Below are positions 60,043-64,000 of a DNA stretch of 64,000 nt, one piece after another. Under the pieces are notes generated by a model. It was not told the origin of the DNA. It ran no database searches and was given only the letters and a program-made list of their open reading frames with translations. The position numbers and the translations under genes are program-made. Every line of letters starts with the position of its first letter. Positions within the stretch are counted from its first letter, which is position 1. The DNA is from the human T2T-CHM13v2.0 reference genome, Homo sapiens. Location of the stretch: assembly GCA_009914755.4 (NCBI GenBank), contig CP068257.2:23264001-23328000 (forward strand), given 5' to 3'.

Positions 60043-62978
60043 CATTAACTTTCTACCCCATCACAGCAAAGAATGAACACAAATGGTTATCCAAAAAAAA
60101 ATCAAAATCTTTAGACATATTCCTGAAGAGACATAAAGAAATAGATCCTTAGGGATAAGGGAAGCCCTAATGAGAAAATGTCACCTACATCTCAAGGTAG
60201 TTGTCAGAGCTAGATTAAAGAGCTATTGATACTCTACAATTCCCAGACTTCCTGTGGGCAAGGCTTATGAAAGGCAACAATTGGGGAAAAGTTCACTTCT
60301 TCCTACTCAGCCTGAGGCATATTTCCCACAGATCGGTTGATTCATTTGGCAAACTTTTATGGAGCACCAACTATATATTGTACTATACACTACACTAGAA
60401 TCAGGAGATTAAAAAGTATGATTACAACACAGTCCATATCCTGAGAAATAGTCCCATCCTTTAGAATCTTAATATTTTTTCTAAAACATGATTTGGTGGA
60501 CAGTCTGTTTCTTTACTTACGTGACATATTTCATATAAACTATAGCAGAAAAAAAGATACTATTTAAGAACGAAGACTGCAGCCAGATTGCCTGGTTTCC
60601 AGTTTTTTTTCATCTCCTCACTATGTGACCTTTGCCAAGTTTCTTGCCTCCTCAGTGCTTTATATTTCTCATCTGTACAGTGCAATGTATAATATACTGA
60701 GTACAGTGTCATAGTTATCTACCTTGTAAGGTTGCTGTGAGGATTTAAGTGAGTTAAAACCTGTAAAGTATCTAAACCATTCTAGGCGCATAGAAAGTTC
60801 TAGAGCCATGTTTGCTGCTGCTGCTATCACCCGTGTTATCACTGTTGTCGCCACCGTCGTTTTCATTCCAATGGGTTACAGGCTGACTGATGTTTATATA
60901 ATCAATAGGAATGTTATCTCACCATCCCATGGCACATTAACCACAGCAACTGTTATTTAGTAGCTACGTCTGTACTGAGAGCCTTTCAAAGATTTATATC
61001 TATTACCAAACAATACCTTGCTGTAGGGACACAGATCCACAAATATTAGTGACTTTGTGACAATCACTAATATCTCTTCAGGCACAGAGTTTTGAAGTTC
61101 TTTTTTTCAACTAGAGAGTTATGCAAATATTATGTATACTCACTGCACAATTAAACCTAATTATTTTAAAATGCAAAATGACGGACATTGCACATCATCT
61201 CACCATATTTTTCCAAATAGGATAGCATAGGTGTACTGTCAACTTCATGACAAGAATATGGCAGAGCTGTGCATCCTTTGGGAGAGATTTCCTACAATTA
61301 CTTAAATTCCTTACACTTTAACTCCTCGGAATTTCTGTAGAGGAAGAAAAGTGAAATCTGTAACTATTATGCCTTCTACTCTGTTATATGCTCCCATCTC
61401 TGTGAATCTTGATTTAAGCTGAGTGCATCGTTAATCTTTAATATAACCCGAGAACAATAGTCAAATAGAATAATGAGTGGTATTGAAGAAATATATAGAA
61501 CAGCATGCCCAGAAATGCATTCAACCACTCCATATCTTGCATTATTAGACACACCCACTGACTTGCACAGATCCAGAATTTTTAACTCTTTGTTGAAAGC
61601 AAGGGTAGGCAAAACTTATTCATAACAGACCAGATAATATAATATGTTCAGCTTTGTGGGCCATATGGTCTCTGTGACAACTACTCAACTCTGCTACTAT
61701 GACATAAAAGTGATCATAGACAATATATAAATAAAACATTATGGCTGTATTTTAATAAAACTTCATTTATGAACAGTAAAATTTGAATTACACGTAATTT
61801 TCATGTGTCACATGTATTATTTTCCTTGAAATTTTTTTCAAAAAATTAAAAATGCAACAAGTCTTTGCTCCCAGACCATACAAAAACATATGGCAGGCTT
61901 GATCTGGCTTACAGGCTATAGTTTCCTGAGCCATAATGCATAGGAATCAGAATATTTTGAATTTAACAATTTAACCATGGAACTGCAATCATTACCTAGA
62001 AGATTAGCTAATAACATAAAATGTCTCAAGGCATGCATTAAAACTTCAGTCTTATTTTTCTCATTTATTTATTTAGGATTCTAACTTTAAGAACAGAAAT
62101 CATGGGTTATGATTTCACATCTACCACTGTTAGTTTGCTAGCCTTCAGTGAAAATTTCCAACCTCTAGCAACCTCTTTTTCCCAAAGTCTGTTATTTGGG
62201 AGATGGATTATATCACTACTATCAACTCACACTATGTATCAGAATCACCTGTGGAGAAACCAAGGCCGAACACTCAGAGATATGGCGTCAACAGGTGACA
62301 CCAACCTGCATCCAGGGTTGGAAACCACTGGGCTACTGAGCTCCAGACCTCTTTCTGTTTGATAAGTTTAAGAATTTCTATTCTGTACATACCGTTGACA
62401 CAAATATCAGTAATAATGTAGCATTACTTCAGAGAATATTAAATTTAAATAATTAGTAGAAACCCTTTGCAAAAAAATTCAGAACTATTGAACTTCTCCT
62501 CCTTCACGATGGCAAAATCAAAAAGAAAATATATATTTAACTCCTTTTAGCTCACTGTTGAGAGATGGACAGAATAGAAAGAAAATAAGTAAACAAATCA
62601 TATGTATTTCTTTTCCCAATAGCTAGAGCATAGAAAATTACAGAGAAATAAAGCAGCAATAATCTGAAAGCTTCTATGTATTCTTATTCTCAAGCCCTAT
62701 TTCCTTATTTAGGGGGTTTTGTAGTTGAACAATTGCAGCAGTATTTCTCTGCTTCCAGTTTCATTATTGAAAAGACAGTTCACACAAATATTCAAAAATA
62801 AGCAGTCTACATTTTCATAATATGGTTCATTTTTTCCTAACTTTTAGTACATTTCACAGTCAATATCTTGTGTATACTCATGTTAGTGACTCAATTTTCA
62901 ACTGTCAGCTTCACAAACCGTCATCAAAAAAATCAGATGATCAAGCAGAGCTTGGTTGTTCAGACTTCTTACAGTAAG

Positions 62979-63032
62979 GGACACACACGCAGACACACAC
63001 ACACACATCTAAACACACACACACACACACAC
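62979..63032. repeat. (CA)n microsatellite, interrupted
   Basis: gacacacacgcagacacacacacacacatctaaacacacacacacacacacacc. Confidence 0.9.
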
Positions 63033-64000
63033 CTTCTTGATTAAAAAACAGTAATGTTCCAACCTTTGGGTAGGAAATATTTAGGGTTTTATAACCTGAG
63101 CAGAATGATTTTAAGATGAGTGTTTCAAAGGAGGAAACTGGTTGAAATTAGGTATAGTTTTTGAATTACTAGATCTAGATTAGTGATCACAGTGAGGAGT
63201 GGGTCTTAAAGGGGGATTTGACAAGAAGATATGTCAGCCTGCCATATGTTTTCATATGGTCTGGGAGAAAAGGCTTGTGGCTGCATTTACAGTCTTGTCT
63301 TCAACAATTAAATATTTCTTGCAACAAGTAATTAAGACATTTTTGCTTGATTCCAATATTGTTTGACATAGGGACATGTAAATATGTTCATCATATATAT
63401 TGCTTAACAGAAGGGCAGAAAAGTATGCCTGGACCTGGCATGACTTAACACAGAGAGAAAAAAAATGTTTGTATTAATGCTCACTGACACTTTTTGTCAT
63501 GCTTTTGGTCATGCCTAAGATATACCATTATCTTATGAACTACCTTAGTCTGTTTTGTATTGCTACACACAAATACCTGAGATGAGTAATTTATAGAGAA
63601 AAGTGGTTTATTTAGCTCATGGTTCTGCAGGCTGGACAGTTCAAGGACATGGCCATGATTTCTGGCAAGGTCTTCTGTGCTGCATCATAACATGGCAGAG
63701 AAGGTCAAAATGGAAGCAGTTATGTGTGAAGAGGAAAAACCTAAGAGGCATCCTGGCTTGATAGCAACTCATTCTCAAGGGAATTCATTAAGTTCCATGA
63801 GAACTTATTCAGTCTTGCCAGAGTGAGAACTCATTCACTACCATGAGAAGGGCACTAAGCCATCAGGAGAGATTTACTCCAATGATTCAGACAATTCTCA
63901 CTAGGCTCCACTTCCCAAGACTGCCATTTCAGGGATCAAATTTCAACATGAGGTTTGGTGGGAACAAACTCAAACCAAATCACAGCATGAGGATATGATC

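Noticed and set aside
60785-60870. Short (GCT)n-containing, CpG-retaining stretch with a 65-aa minus-strand ORF (MKTTVATTVITRVIAAAANMALE...).
   Set aside because: It is too short, low-complexity, and lacks domain similarity or splice context. It is most likely chance.

Overview
This window is primate (almost certainly human or great-ape) nuclear DNA, AT-rich and heavily loaded with interspersed repeats; it is not a prokaryotic locus. I found no recognisable protein-coding exon, tRNA, rRNA, CRISPR array or operon-like system. The longer ORFs in the supplied track are all translations of repeats: Alu read-through, L1 ORF1/ORF2 remnants and the MST internal region. No previously undescribed biological system is supported by the sequence.

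What can be supported:
- About 19 Alu or FRAM elements, many with intact flanking target-site duplications.
- At least 8 L1 pieces. The largest is a roughly 5.6-kb 5'-truncated L1PA element on the minus strand (8062-13700) with an Alu inserted into its ORF1. There is also a twin-priming-type inverted L1, and two short, young-looking L1 3' ends.
- One full-length ERVL-MaLR MST element (MSTA-like LTRs plus internal region, 20304-22728) with a 5-bp target-site duplication. There is also a solo MSTA LTR interrupted by an L1 fragment, and three other MaLR-type LTRs.
- Two DNA-transposon relics: a MADE1 element with TA duplications, and a roughly 520-bp hAT-like MITE with terminal inverted repeats.
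- Several microsatellites and small tandem duplications.

The most unusual structural points are:
- a 205-bp inverted duplication at about 98.5% identity of part of an old MSTA LTR (55649-55853 against 56454-56656), with a 22-bp tandem duplication at its junction;
- the large L1PA carrying an old-L1 3' fragment behind its poly-A (candidate 3' transduction), bracketed by 78-bp copies at about 92% identity;
- an Alu carrying an internal 16-bp triplication;
- several closely spaced inverted Alu pairs.

All coordinates are read by eye and should be taken as plus or minus about 10 bp.
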